In this document: one piece after another, positions 1 to 7,367 of the stretch
Layout of the letters: every line of letters starts with the position of its first letter
How positions within the stretch are numbered: the stretch's first letter is position 1
Source: an uncultured Clostridia bacterium
GTDB lineage: Bacteria; CAYTYR01; UBA6262
NCBI GenBank assembly: GCA_964517965.1
Contig: CAZFDO010000001.1
Span: 1-26,626 of the forward strand
DNA length: 26,626 nt
Reading direction: 5' to 3'
Notes under the pieces: generated by a model
What the model was told of the DNA's origin: nothing
What the model saw: only the letters and a program-made list of their open reading frames with translations
The model's database searches: none
Position numbers and translations under genes: made by a program

Positions 1-341
1 AAGAAATATTCCTTAAACTTCTCTATACCGACCTTTCTAATTAATTGAATTACTCTTCCTTTCTCTTCGAGCAATGTTCTTATATCAGGAGCGCTTTTAT
101 CACTAATTATATTCTCATTAAGTTCAATAAACCTTGATGACCAACTAGTTTTTGGAAATCTTTTAAACTGTATCACCTTAGAGCCAACTAATTTTATGAA
201 TAAATCGTCCTGCTCAAGCTTTACAATATATTTTCTAAAATCCTGCTCTGCCAGATTTATAAAATTGCATAGCATTAATCTTCCTGTCAACTTCTGCCGT
301 AATTTAGTAACTGGCTTAGCTATTAACGATAAAGTATTCAT
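1..341 (-). CDS. Partial gene (runs off window start), N-terminus of a possible divergent sigma54 (RpoN)-like protein
   Basis: Not in the ORF track (no stop in window). ATG at 341 with GGGTGG upstream (351-356); open for 113 codons: MNTLSLIAKPVTKLRQKLTGRLMLCNFINLAEQDFRKYIVKLEQDDLFIKL...IRKVGIEKFKEYF. The pattern loosely resembles RpoN region I; product is inference only. Confidence 0.55.
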   Translation of the reverse strand, partial: MNTLSLIAKPVTKLRQKLTGRLMLCNFINLAEQDFRKYIVKLEQDDLFIKLVGSKVIQFKRFPKTSWSSRFIELNENIISDKSAPDIRTLLEEKGRVIQLIRKVGIEKFKEYF

Positions 342-360
342 TTTATTTTACCACCCATAC

Positions 361-398
361 AATAAAAACCCCAGATTTATTATAAACTAAATCTGGGG
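361..398 (-). terminator. Intrinsic terminator-like hairpin just upstream of the 1-341 gene
   Basis: Perfect 11-bp stem CCCCAGATTTA (369-379)/TAAATCTGGGG (388-398), 8-nt loop, followed on the minus strand by TTTTTATT. Confidence 0.65.
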
Positions 399-663
399 AA
401 AACAAATCCATATTTTTATTCAATATAGCTCTTTGTATTAGCCTCATAATAGATCCCGCAAAGTTTAATCTCTCATTATTTTTGAGGCTATTAAAAAACA
501 TATTATTAATTAATAAATTTAAATATTAGCTAATAATATCTTTTCTAATAATCTCTCTACTATTCATTACGATTAGAACTTATATAATAGTATCTTACTT
601 ATAATACAATAAGTTAAAATTAGTCAAGATAATTATACAAACAAACCTTGTCCTGTTTTCAAC

Positions 664-692
664 TTGACAATCCCCTTTCCCCAGAGTAAAAT
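664..692 (+). promoter_or_regulatory. sigma70-type promoter for the lipoprotein pair
   Basis: TTGACA (664-669), 17-nt spacer, TAAAAT (687-692); AGGAGG at 721-726 before ATG 733. Confidence 0.75.
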
Positions 693-732
693 GATAAATA
701 AGTGAATATAGAAATTTAAAAGGAGGCTCGTA

Positions 733-1179
733 ATGAAGAAAGAATTAGTTATTTTGCTTGGTTTGAGCTTATTATTATTGAACGCCTGCAGCGGCGTACA
801 AACCCACACCAAAGGTGGGGAACTGAAAAAAACCATGGCTGCTGAAACCCAGGGCACTGATTTTATCCAAACCATCGGGATTGGAGCCGCTGACCAGAAG
901 ATGGACAACAAGACCCAAAAAATGGCCACCAGCCGGACCGCAGCCATTGTCATGGCTCAGTATGAAATGGTCGGTATTATCAAAGGCCTGCAGATAGAAG
1001 GCGGGATCACGGTTTCTCAGGCAATGGAAAAAGACTCCAAGATATCCGCCCTGGTCAACGAGTCAGTTAAGGGCGCGGAGGTTCTCAAGACCGAATGGAC
1101 GGCCGATGAAGGCTGCATCGTAACACTGCGTCTTTCTAAGAAGAGACTGACCCAGATGACCAAGATGAATTTCAAATAA
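733..1179 (+). CDS. LPP20-like lipoprotein (148 aa)
   Basis: Signal peptide with lipobox LNA-C; IGIGAA...ATSRTAAIVMAQYEMVGIIKG resembles LPP20-family proteins; strong RBS. Confidence 0.75.
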   Translation: MKKELVILLGLSLLLLNACSGVQTHTKGGELKKTMAAETQGTDFIQTIGIGAADQKMDNKTQKMATSRTAAIVMAQYEMVGIIKGLQIEGGITVSQAMEKDSKISALVNESVKGAEVLKTEWTADEGCIVTLRLSKKRLTQMTKMNFK

Positions 1180-1216
1180 TCGGGTATTAGGCAACTAGGT
1201 CTTAGGAGGGAATAAT

Positions 1217-2386
1217 TTGAAAAAGGGACTATCTATACTCATATTAAGTGTTTTGGCATTAGGCGCCTGCGCGACCAGCCGGCCTAATATCAAGGATTAT
1301 GCCAATAAAGGTAAAGAAGAAAAAGAAATTACCGAAGTGGTTCAGGCTGAAGGCCTGGTAGCGGTGCTCAACAATGATATTCTGGATGCCAAAAAGCGCG
1401 CCTTAGGCGAAGCGCAGCGCAATGCCGTAGAAATGACCGTAGGAGTATATGTCAACGCTGCTACCCGGGTAGAAAAAGCCATTATGGTGGATCAGCAAAT
1501 TCTTTCTAAGACCAATGGGTATATTAAAAAATATAAAATCCTCTCTGAAGGACGCGAAGGCGATTTTTATAAAACCAAGATCGAAGCCCTGGTAAAAATT
1601 GAAGCAATCAACAAGGATCTCAACATCCTCGGGTTGACTGCTCCGCCAACGCCGGCTACCACCAATTTGCGGATCGGGGTAGTGATCATGGATCGGATAG
1701 ACGGCGTACCGGACAATGACGGGGTCAGTGAAGTCACTCTGGGCGACCGTTTACTAAGCCTGCAATATAAATTAATAACGGTTAACGAACTAGCCCAGGC
1801 AGCTAAGAACTTGAATGCCGACGATTTCCTGAACAACCTGGATCAGCAGAAAAAAGTTGGAGAAATGGTCAAAGCCGATGTTTTGATCATTGGCAAAGCT
1901 ACTGCTTCCTTTAATACAGATCAAGGACTCGGGGGAATGATCTCTTACCGCGCCAATATTTCATTTAAGGTGCTCAAGATCAAGCAGTCAGCTCTGATCT
2001 ACAGTAATTCATTCTCCAGCGGCGGAGTAAGCACTACCCGGGAGGCAGCAGGAAAAGAAGCCTTAAAACGCGCCGCGTCCATTGCTGCCGAAGATCTAGT
2101 CAGGGTATTGGATCAGCGCTTGAAAGCATTTAATTTTATTTCCGTCACGGTAAAGAATGTTTCTACCCTGAACCAATTGAACGCCGTGATCAAAGGGCTG
2201 CAGAACATGATCGAAGTAAAATACACCCAGACGGAAAATTTTGGGAATGGGGTAGCTAACATCAAGGTAGGAGCAGAGATTGAAAATATTCCCTCCATTG
2301 CCCAAAAATTAGAGGCCAAAGTCGAAGGAATCAAAGTAAAAGTGTCCGCAGTCACCAATAGTAGCATAGCGGTAGAAATACAGTAG
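1217..2386 (+). CDS. Lipoprotein with FlgT N-terminal-like domain and CsgG/TolB-N-like middle domain (389 aa)
   Basis: TTG start, AGGAGG at 1204-1209, lipobox LGA-C; VQAEG...AKKRALGEAQRNAVE...GVYV...ILSKTNGYIKKYKILSE is typical of FlgT_N/LPP20-type domains. Confidence 0.7.
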   Translation: MKKGLSILILSVLALGACATSRPNIKDYANKGKEEKEITEVVQAEGLVAVLNNDILDAKKRALGEAQRNAVEMTVGVYVNAATRVEKAIMVDQQILSKTNGYIKKYKILSEGREGDFYKTKIEALVKIEAINKDLNILGLTAPPTPATTNLRIGVVIMDRIDGVPDNDGVSEVTLGDRLLSLQYKLITVNELAQAAKNLNADDFLNNLDQQKKVGEMVKADVLIIGKATASFNTDQGLGGMISYRANISFKVLKIKQSALIYSNSFSSGGVSTTREAAGKEALKRAASIAAEDLVRVLDQRLKAFNFISVTVKNVSTLNQLNAVIKGLQNMIEVKYTQTENFGNGVANIKVGAEIENIPSIAQKLEAKVEGIKVKVSAVTNSSIAVEIQ

Positions 2387-2504
2387 TACAGTCGCTAGTT
2401 TCTAGTAACTAGTCGCTAGTAAAAACAAAGAAACAGGCTCTTTATCGAGGCCTGTTTCTTTTATTATTAACCAGCTACCAGCGACTAGCGACCAGTAACT
2501 GCAT
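2386..2504. repeat. Heptamer-periodic inverted-repeat element A
   Basis: Left units gtacagt cgctagt ttctagt aactagt cgctagt (2386-2420); right units accagct accagcg actagcg accagta actgcat (2470-2504), approximate reverse complements. Confidence 0.85.
2427..2461. terminator. Bidirectional intrinsic terminator between convergent transcripts
   Basis: AAAGAAACAGGC / GCCTGTTTCTTT 12-bp stem, A-run on the left and T-run on the right, between convergent genes. Confidence 0.85.
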
Positions 2505-2613
2505 TTTCGGATAGTTTTTCCTTAGGAGCTACCTGTAACTGTACCCCTCCGCATCCGGCCAGCATAGCTATGAGTAACAGCAATACTACAATCACTCCAT
2601 ATCGCTTATTCAT
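2485..2613 (-). CDS. Small lipoprotein (42 aa) or truncated lipoprotein remnant
   Basis: Below ORF-track cutoff. AGGGGG RBS, ATG at 2613; MNKRYGVIVVLLLLIAMLAG-CGGVQLQVAPKEKLSENAVTGR*; basic N-region, hydrophobic core, lipobox LAG-C. Confidence 0.7.
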   Translation of the reverse strand: MNKRYGVIVVLLLLIAMLAGCGGVQLQVAPKEKLSENAVTGR

Positions 2614-2641
2614 AATTACCCCCTGCTTAAGGTTATACCTA

Positions 2642-3868
2642 CTAACCCTTAAGTATAATATTACATTTAGCCGCGGCCTCTTCGGTTTTTTCCTTTAATA
2701 CCTGCCGGGTATAGCTCTTGGACCTGATGGCAATAAAGATCTCATAGACATAATCTATGAGAATATCTTCGACCTGCGCCCAGTAAGGGCTATTAGGGAA
2801 ACACCGGCCATAACGCACTGATTCTTTAAAAACTTTGTTGCGCGTCGTATCCATAAGATACGTAGGCGTATAGCAATCCAGCAAACTAGGCAGCTGGTTA
2901 TTAACAGCACAGAATTGTTCCTGGACTTTGCGCTGCATTAGAAATTCGATAAAGATCCAGGCCTCGTCAGGATGATGCGCAAAGGAAGAAATAGCTAAAT
3001 TACTGCCACCCATAAAGGTAAAACGTCCCGCCGGACCTGCCGGCATGATTACAGGATGGATATTGGCGCCAATTTTATTATAGGTCGGAGATTTTGGATC
3101 CAGGTGCGTATTGTTCAGCCAGGGCCCTAAATAAGCAAAAGTATAGTCCCCTTTACCGGCATAAGAATCAACAAAGGAATCATAATTCTGCCCTAACAAT
3201 TCCGGCTTACTATAGATATTTATCAGATTAAAATATATTTCCAGGCCCTTGAGCGCCGCGGGTTCATGAAAAGCTGCTTCTTTTCCATCCGCCCGTAAAA
3301 AATGGCCGCCAAAGTTCCAGATCCAAGGGGCAATATTATGTACGATTTGCGAATCCTTACTGCCAAATACGCCAAAAGCAGCGACTTCTTTATTATCAAC
3401 TCGGGTATTATGCACTTTCTCACAGGCCTGGATCAAATCATCCAGTGTTGCCAGATCATGGCTGGAGATCAAATGATCAGCTAGAATGTCTTTACGGAAA
3501 TATAAGGCCCGCACATCGACATACCAGGGCACTGACGATATTTTATTACTATGCGGGAAATTACATAATCTCCCGCTGGCGGGAACAAAACTATTCAGGC
3601 CGCCAATTTTATTGACCTGACTGGTTAAGTCACGCAATGCTCCTACCTGTGCCAGCGCGCCGTTCCAGGTACTGCCGAATTGCAGCACATCCGGGCCCTG
3701 TTTTTTCCTGGCAAACATGGCCACCTTTTCCCATAAAAAGCGCCAGCCGGTCGCAGTAAGCACTACGTCAATATTAGGATATTTTTTCTTAAAATCAGGC
3801 AGGATAGTATTACGCACCAGCTGTTCGTGTTCGTGCGTTAACCAGACGCTGATAACTGCTCTTGTCAA
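2642..3868 (-). CDS. Sugar-type (family 1) solute-binding-fold protein without signal peptide (408 aa)
   Basis: GPDVLQFGSTW, VPWYVDVRALYFRKDIL, FMGGSNLAIS motifs; TTG start with AGGAG RBS, overlapping the upstream stop by 4 nt. Confidence 0.85.
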   Translation of the reverse strand: MTRAVISVWLTHEHEQLVRNTILPDFKKKYPNIDVVLTATGWRFLWEKVAMFARKKQGPDVLQFGSTWNGALAQVGALRDLTSQVNKIGGLNSFVPASGRLCNFPHSNKISSVPWYVDVRALYFRKDILADHLISSHDLATLDDLIQACEKVHNTRVDNKEVAAFGVFGSKDSQIVHNIAPWIWNFGGHFLRADGKEAAFHEPAALKGLEIYFNLINIYSKPELLGQNYDSFVDSYAGKGDYTFAYLGPWLNNTHLDPKSPTYNKIGANIHPVIMPAGPAGRFTFMGGSNLAISSFAHHPDEAWIFIEFLMQRKVQEQFCAVNNQLPSLLDCYTPTYLMDTTRNKVFKESVRYGRCFPNSPYWAQVEDILIDYVYEIFIAIRSKSYTRQVLKEKTEEAAAKCNIILKG

Positions 3869-5118
3869 TTTTTCTCCTTATGCCATTGTTCTTCCTGGGC
3901 CAACAGGAGCTTGCTTTTATCGGCTGCTTCCTGAATAGTTTCCTTCAGCAAGTCTACTGTGTATATGCCCTCCGCGATGCTAACCAAAATACGGTGAATA
4001 TACTCTATGAGAATGTCTTCGATCTGCGCCCAATGCGGGCTATTGGGCAAGCTTCTGGCATGCTGGATAGCATCCCGGAATATTTTCTGCGGGCTATTAT
4101 CTATGCAGATTTTTGCTTTATAAGCTTCGGTTAAACTTGGCAACTGATGATTCACGGCACAAAAATTTTCCTGTATTGGCAGCTGCGTCAGGAAATTGAC
4201 CAGCTCCCAGGCTTCATCAGGATGCCTGGAGAACTCCGAAACAGCCAAATTACTGCCTCCTAAAAAAGTAAACCTTCCACCCGGTCCTCCGGACATTAAA
4301 GTAGCTTCTATATGGGGGCTGAGCCGGTTATAAGCCTCATGCTTAGGATTAAGATAAGTATTATTCACCCAGGGACCGGTATAGGCCAGGCAATAATTAC
4401 CTTTATGAAAGAAATTATCCAGGAAAGTTTCATAACTTTGCATAATTGAGGGTTTATCGCCATATTGATTAATGAGATTAAAATAAGCTTCTATACCGTG
4501 GAAAGCTTCCGGAGCGTCAAAACAGATTTTTTTGCCGTCGTGGCTCATGAAATCCCCGCCATAATTCCAAATCCAGGGAGCCAGCGAGTGAACTAATTGG
4601 GCGTCTTTCTGGCCCGATATGCCAAAGGCCGCTACTGTCTTATCCCCGGCTTTAAAGTTATGTACGGCAGCGCAAACTTTTTCTAATCCTTCTAAAGAGG
4701 CTAGATCATGCGCGGTAAAACCGTGAATATCTAATATTTCCTTACGGTAAAATAAAGCCCTGGCATCTAAATACCAAGGTACTGAAGAAACTCGCAAAGT
4801 CCCGGGGAAAACACAGGGTTTGGCCGCTTCTTTGATAAAAATATCCAATCCGCCTGATGCTGCCAGATGTCCGGTAATATCCTTCAACGCCCCTATTTCG
4901 GCCAGCACCCCATTCCAGGTGCTGCCGATTTGCAAGACATCCGGCCCTTGTTTCCTTTTAGAGAACATGACTACTTTGTCCCACAAGAAATGCCAGCTGG
5001 TAGTAGTTAAAATAAGCTCTATTTCCGGATGTTGCTTGGCAAATTCAGGCATGATGGTGTTCTTAAACAGATGTTCATGTTCCTGCATCAGCCAGATATT
5101 GATCATTGCTTTAGCCAT
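3865..5118 (-). CDS. Sugar-type (family 1) solute-binding-fold protein without signal peptide (417 aa), paralog of 2642-3868
   Basis: Same motifs (GPDVLQIGSTW, VPWYLDARALFYRKEIL, FLGGSNLAVS). Start moved to ATG 5118 (MAKAMINIW) because GAGG precedes it and it aligns with the paralog N-terminus. Confidence 0.85.
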   Translation of the reverse strand: MAKAMINIWLMQEHEHLFKNTIMPEFAKQHPEIELILTTTSWHFLWDKVVMFSKRKQGPDVLQIGSTWNGVLAEIGALKDITGHLAASGGLDIFIKEAAKPCVFPGTLRVSSVPWYLDARALFYRKEILDIHGFTAHDLASLEGLEKVCAAVHNFKAGDKTVAAFGISGQKDAQLVHSLAPWIWNYGGDFMSHDGKKICFDAPEAFHGIEAYFNLINQYGDKPSIMQSYETFLDNFFHKGNYCLAYTGPWVNNTYLNPKHEAYNRLSPHIEATLMSGGPGGRFTFLGGSNLAVSEFSRHPDEAWELVNFLTQLPIQENFCAVNHQLPSLTEAYKAKICIDNSPQKIFRDAIQHARSLPNSPHWAQIEDILIEYIHRILVSIAEGIYTVDLLKETIQEAADKSKLLLAQEEQWHKEKN

Positions 5119-5190
5119 AAAAACCTCTTTGAACCCGGAATTTGCAATAGTCTTTGGCATTCAACGAAAAATCTCTTTGGATTTCCTTCT

Positions 5191-5232
5191 AAAAAAGTTC
5201 TTAAATACTGTATAGTATTCATGAACTTTTTT
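5191..5232. promoter_or_regulatory. 42-bp imperfect palindrome in the leader of the solute-binding operon
   Basis: AAAAAAGTTC (5191-5200)/GAACTTTTTT (5223-5232) plus inner AATACT (5204-5209)/AGTATT (5214-5219), 4-nt loop. Confidence 0.5.
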
Positions 5233-5309
5233 GTGCGAAACTCCTGCGAGCTTTTTCGTTTCGATGCTCAAACCTATTTCAAAATCAGGGTTTAATAATA
5301 TATATTTTT

Positions 5310-5338
5310 ACTATATAGCAAAGCCAAGGAATTTGCAA
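5310..5338 (-). promoter_or_regulatory. Putative sigma70 promoter for the solute-binding operon
   Basis: Minus strand TTGCAA (5338-5333), 17-nt spacer, TATAGT (5315-5310). Confidence 0.5.
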
Positions 5339-5345
5339 GAAAATC

Positions 5346-5374
5346 TTGAGGTTTCATCAACTCTGTTGTATAAT
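5346..5374 (+). promoter_or_regulatory. Putative sigma70 promoter giving a leaderless HD-GYP mRNA
   Basis: TTGAGG (5346-5351), 17-nt spacer, TATAAT (5369-5374), 6 nt, ATG at 5381; no SD. Confidence 0.6.
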
Positions 5375-5380
5375 AGAATC

Positions 5381-6475
5381 ATGGAAAATAAAAATAACGA
5401 TGCTTTAGAACAGCGTATCTATGAATTATCCATGTTGTTGGAGCTGAACAAGATCATTATCTCCACCCTGGACCTGGATAAACTGCTTAATCTGATCATG
5501 ACCCTGGCTGCTAAATTGGTGCACTCGGAAGCTAGCTCCCTGATGTTGATGGATGAAGCTTCCCAGGAACTATATTTTGACGTAGCCCTGGGTGAAAAAG
5601 GCGAGCAAATCAAGCAAATTCGCATTAAAGCAGGCGAAGGTATCGCCGGGCATGTGGCCCAGACCGGCTTGCCTCTTATCATCAATGATGTTTCCAAAGA
5701 CCATCGTTTTGCCTCTAAATTTGACGACTCCACCCAATTTAAGACTAAAAGCATACTTTGTGTGCCGCTGAAAGTAAAAAATACGATCATCGGAGTTATG
5801 GAAGCGATAAATAATAAAGATAAAGGTTATTTTGATATGGATAGCCAATATCTCCTGGAGATCTTCGCTTCCCAAGCGGCAGTAGCCATTGATAATGCCC
5901 AGTTATTCAAAAAGTTACGGGAGGCCTATCTCGGAGCGATCAATGCCTTGACCGCAGCGATCAATGCCAAAGATCATTATACCGCCGGACATGTAGACAG
6001 GGTGGGAGAGTATGCCCTGGCGATTGCGCATATGATGAACCTGGATGAGGACTCCGTAGAAGTGATCAAACAAGCCGCTTTATTGCATGATGTAGGGAAG
6101 ATCGGGATCTCGGAAGCAGTGCTGAACAAGCCGGGCAAATTAACAGATGAAGAATTCGCACTCATGAAAAGCCATTCCATGATGAGCGCCCAAATAGTAC
6201 AACCGCTCGGCCTCTCCCCAAAAATTGTTGAAGTTATAAAACATCATCATGAACGGATCGATGGACGCGGCTATCCAGACGGACTAAAAGGAGATATGAT
6301 CAGCCTCGAGGCCAGGATCCTCTGCGTAGCTGATACTTATGATGCCATGATCACTGATCGTCCTTACCGCAAGGGATTGGGTAAGGATACTGCTATCGCT
6401 GAACTAAAAAAATGCAGCGGCACCCAGTTCGATGCCGCTGTCGTTGAAGCCTTCTTGAAAGTACTTTCCAAATAA
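5381..6475 (+). CDS. GAF + HD-GYP domain cyclic-dinucleotide phosphodiesterase (364 aa)
   Basis: GAF (SSLMLMDE...GEGIAGHVAQTG), then KDHYTAGH, LHDVGKIG, HHERIDGRGYPDGL, DTYDAM..DRPYR. Start moved from 5231 to 5381. Confidence 0.9.
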   Translation: MENKNNDALEQRIYELSMLLELNKIIISTLDLDKLLNLIMTLAAKLVHSEASSLMLMDEASQELYFDVALGEKGEQIKQIRIKAGEGIAGHVAQTGLPLIINDVSKDHRFASKFDDSTQFKTKSILCVPLKVKNTIIGVMEAINNKDKGYFDMDSQYLLEIFASQAAVAIDNAQLFKKLREAYLGAINALTAAINAKDHYTAGHVDRVGEYALAIAHMMNLDEDSVEVIKQAALLHDVGKIGISEAVLNKPGKLTDEEFALMKSHSMMSAQIVQPLGLSPKIVEVIKHHHERIDGRGYPDGLKGDMISLEARILCVADTYDAMITDRPYRKGLGKDTAIAELKKCSGTQFDAAVVEAFLKVLSK

Positions 6476-6482
6476 AACAGTT

Positions 6483-6566
6483 TGCGAGTTTCGGGTTAAC
6501 GAGTTTCGGGTTAATTGATTATAAAAAATCTAAACTCGGGACTCGCCAACTCGTAACTCGTCAACT
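6483..6566. repeat. Heptamer-periodic inverted-repeat element B, probably acting as terminator between convergent genes
   Basis: CGAGTTTCGGGTTAA twice (6485-6514); right arm aaactcg ggactcg ccaactcg taactcg followed by a T-run. Confidence 0.8.
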
Positions 6567-7367
6567 TTTTTGCAATGTTTCATTCAGACTCCCCATCCTA
6601 TACCCTGCCAGATCCAAGGTCACAAAAAGATATCCTAACTTTTTAAAATAGGCCACTATCTGTTCGTTATTTTTTAAGATCTTCTTAAAATCTGCCGGCA
6701 GAACCTCGATCCGGGCCAAGACGCCATAATCCCTTACTCTTACCTGCTGCAATTTAAGCGCCCGCAATAATTCTTCGGCTTGCTCTATTTTCCGCAAGGT
6801 CACAGTATTTATCTTATTACCATATGGCACCCGTGACGCCAAACAAGCCTGGGCGGATTTGTTCCAGGTAGGCAATCCAGAGAGCCGGGATAAATAGCGA
6901 ATATCCTGCTTGGTAAAACCCGCTTCCTGTAATGGGTGGCGCACTCCTAATTCCTGACCAGCCCTGGAACCAGGCCGATAATCCTGCAAATCATCTATAT
7001 TAGCAGCGTCAGCGACATAATTCAGTTTATACTTTTTAGCTATTTGCTGCAGTTTACTGAATAATTCTTTTTTACAATAATAACAGCGTTCAGCATTATT
7101 GGCAGCAAAATCTCTATTTTTTAATTCCCTGGTCTTAATGACCAGGTGCTTAACCCTTATTTTCTTGGCCAAGGCTATGGCCTCTCGCAATTCCCGGGCC
7201 GGATATGTTTCTGAAACCGCAGTTACGGCCAGAACATTTCCAGGTAAGATCTGCTGGGCTATATAAACAAGAAAGGTGCTGTCCACTCCTCCGCTGAAAG
7301 CGATCAGCACTTTGCCCATCTTCTTAATTATAGTTTCTAATCTTTCCCGTTTGTCTTGCTCTGACAT
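6561..7367 (-). CDS. larE: LarE-family ATP-dependent sulfur transferase
   Basis: PP-loop AFSGGVDS, RCYYCK, DYRPG, ACLASRVPYG, QVRVR, VTLDLAGYRMGSLNE; 268 aa. Confidence 0.9.
   Translation of the reverse strand: MSEQDKRERLETIIKKMGKVLIAFSGGVDSTFLVYIAQQILPGNVLAVTAVSETYPARELREAIALAKKIRVKHLVIKTRELKNRDFAANNAERCYYCKKELFSKLQQIAKKYKLNYVADAANIDDLQDYRPGSRAGQELGVRHPLQEAGFTKQDIRYLSRLSGLPTWNKSAQACLASRVPYGNKINTVTLRKIEQAEELLRALKLQQVRVRDYGVLARIEVLPADFKKILKNNEQIVAYFKKLGYLFVTLDLAGYRMGSLNETLQKS

Noticed and set aside
343-567. 75-codon minus frame with an internal TAA as stop-codon readthrough
   Set aside because: Very AT-rich, no motif, and all other genes use the standard code.
196-953. Track ORFs 196-390 (+) and 633-953 (-)
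   Set aside because: Each lies opposite a better supported gene (1-341 minus; 733-1179 plus).
2386-2504. Repeat loci as CRISPR arrays
   Set aside because: Units are 7-8 nt with no 25-45-nt repeat-spacer pattern and no cas genes.
5119-5303. c-di-GMP or c-di-AMP riboswitch next to the HD-GYP gene
   Set aside because: Consensus aptamer motifs were not found by eye on either strand.
5119-5380. Longer starts at 5160 (binding protein) and 5231 (HD-GYP)
   Set aside because: Extensions overlap promoter elements, lack RBS and do not align with the paralog; neither forms a signal peptide. Track starts at 12243, 18457, 22248 and 26322 were shortened for similar reasons.
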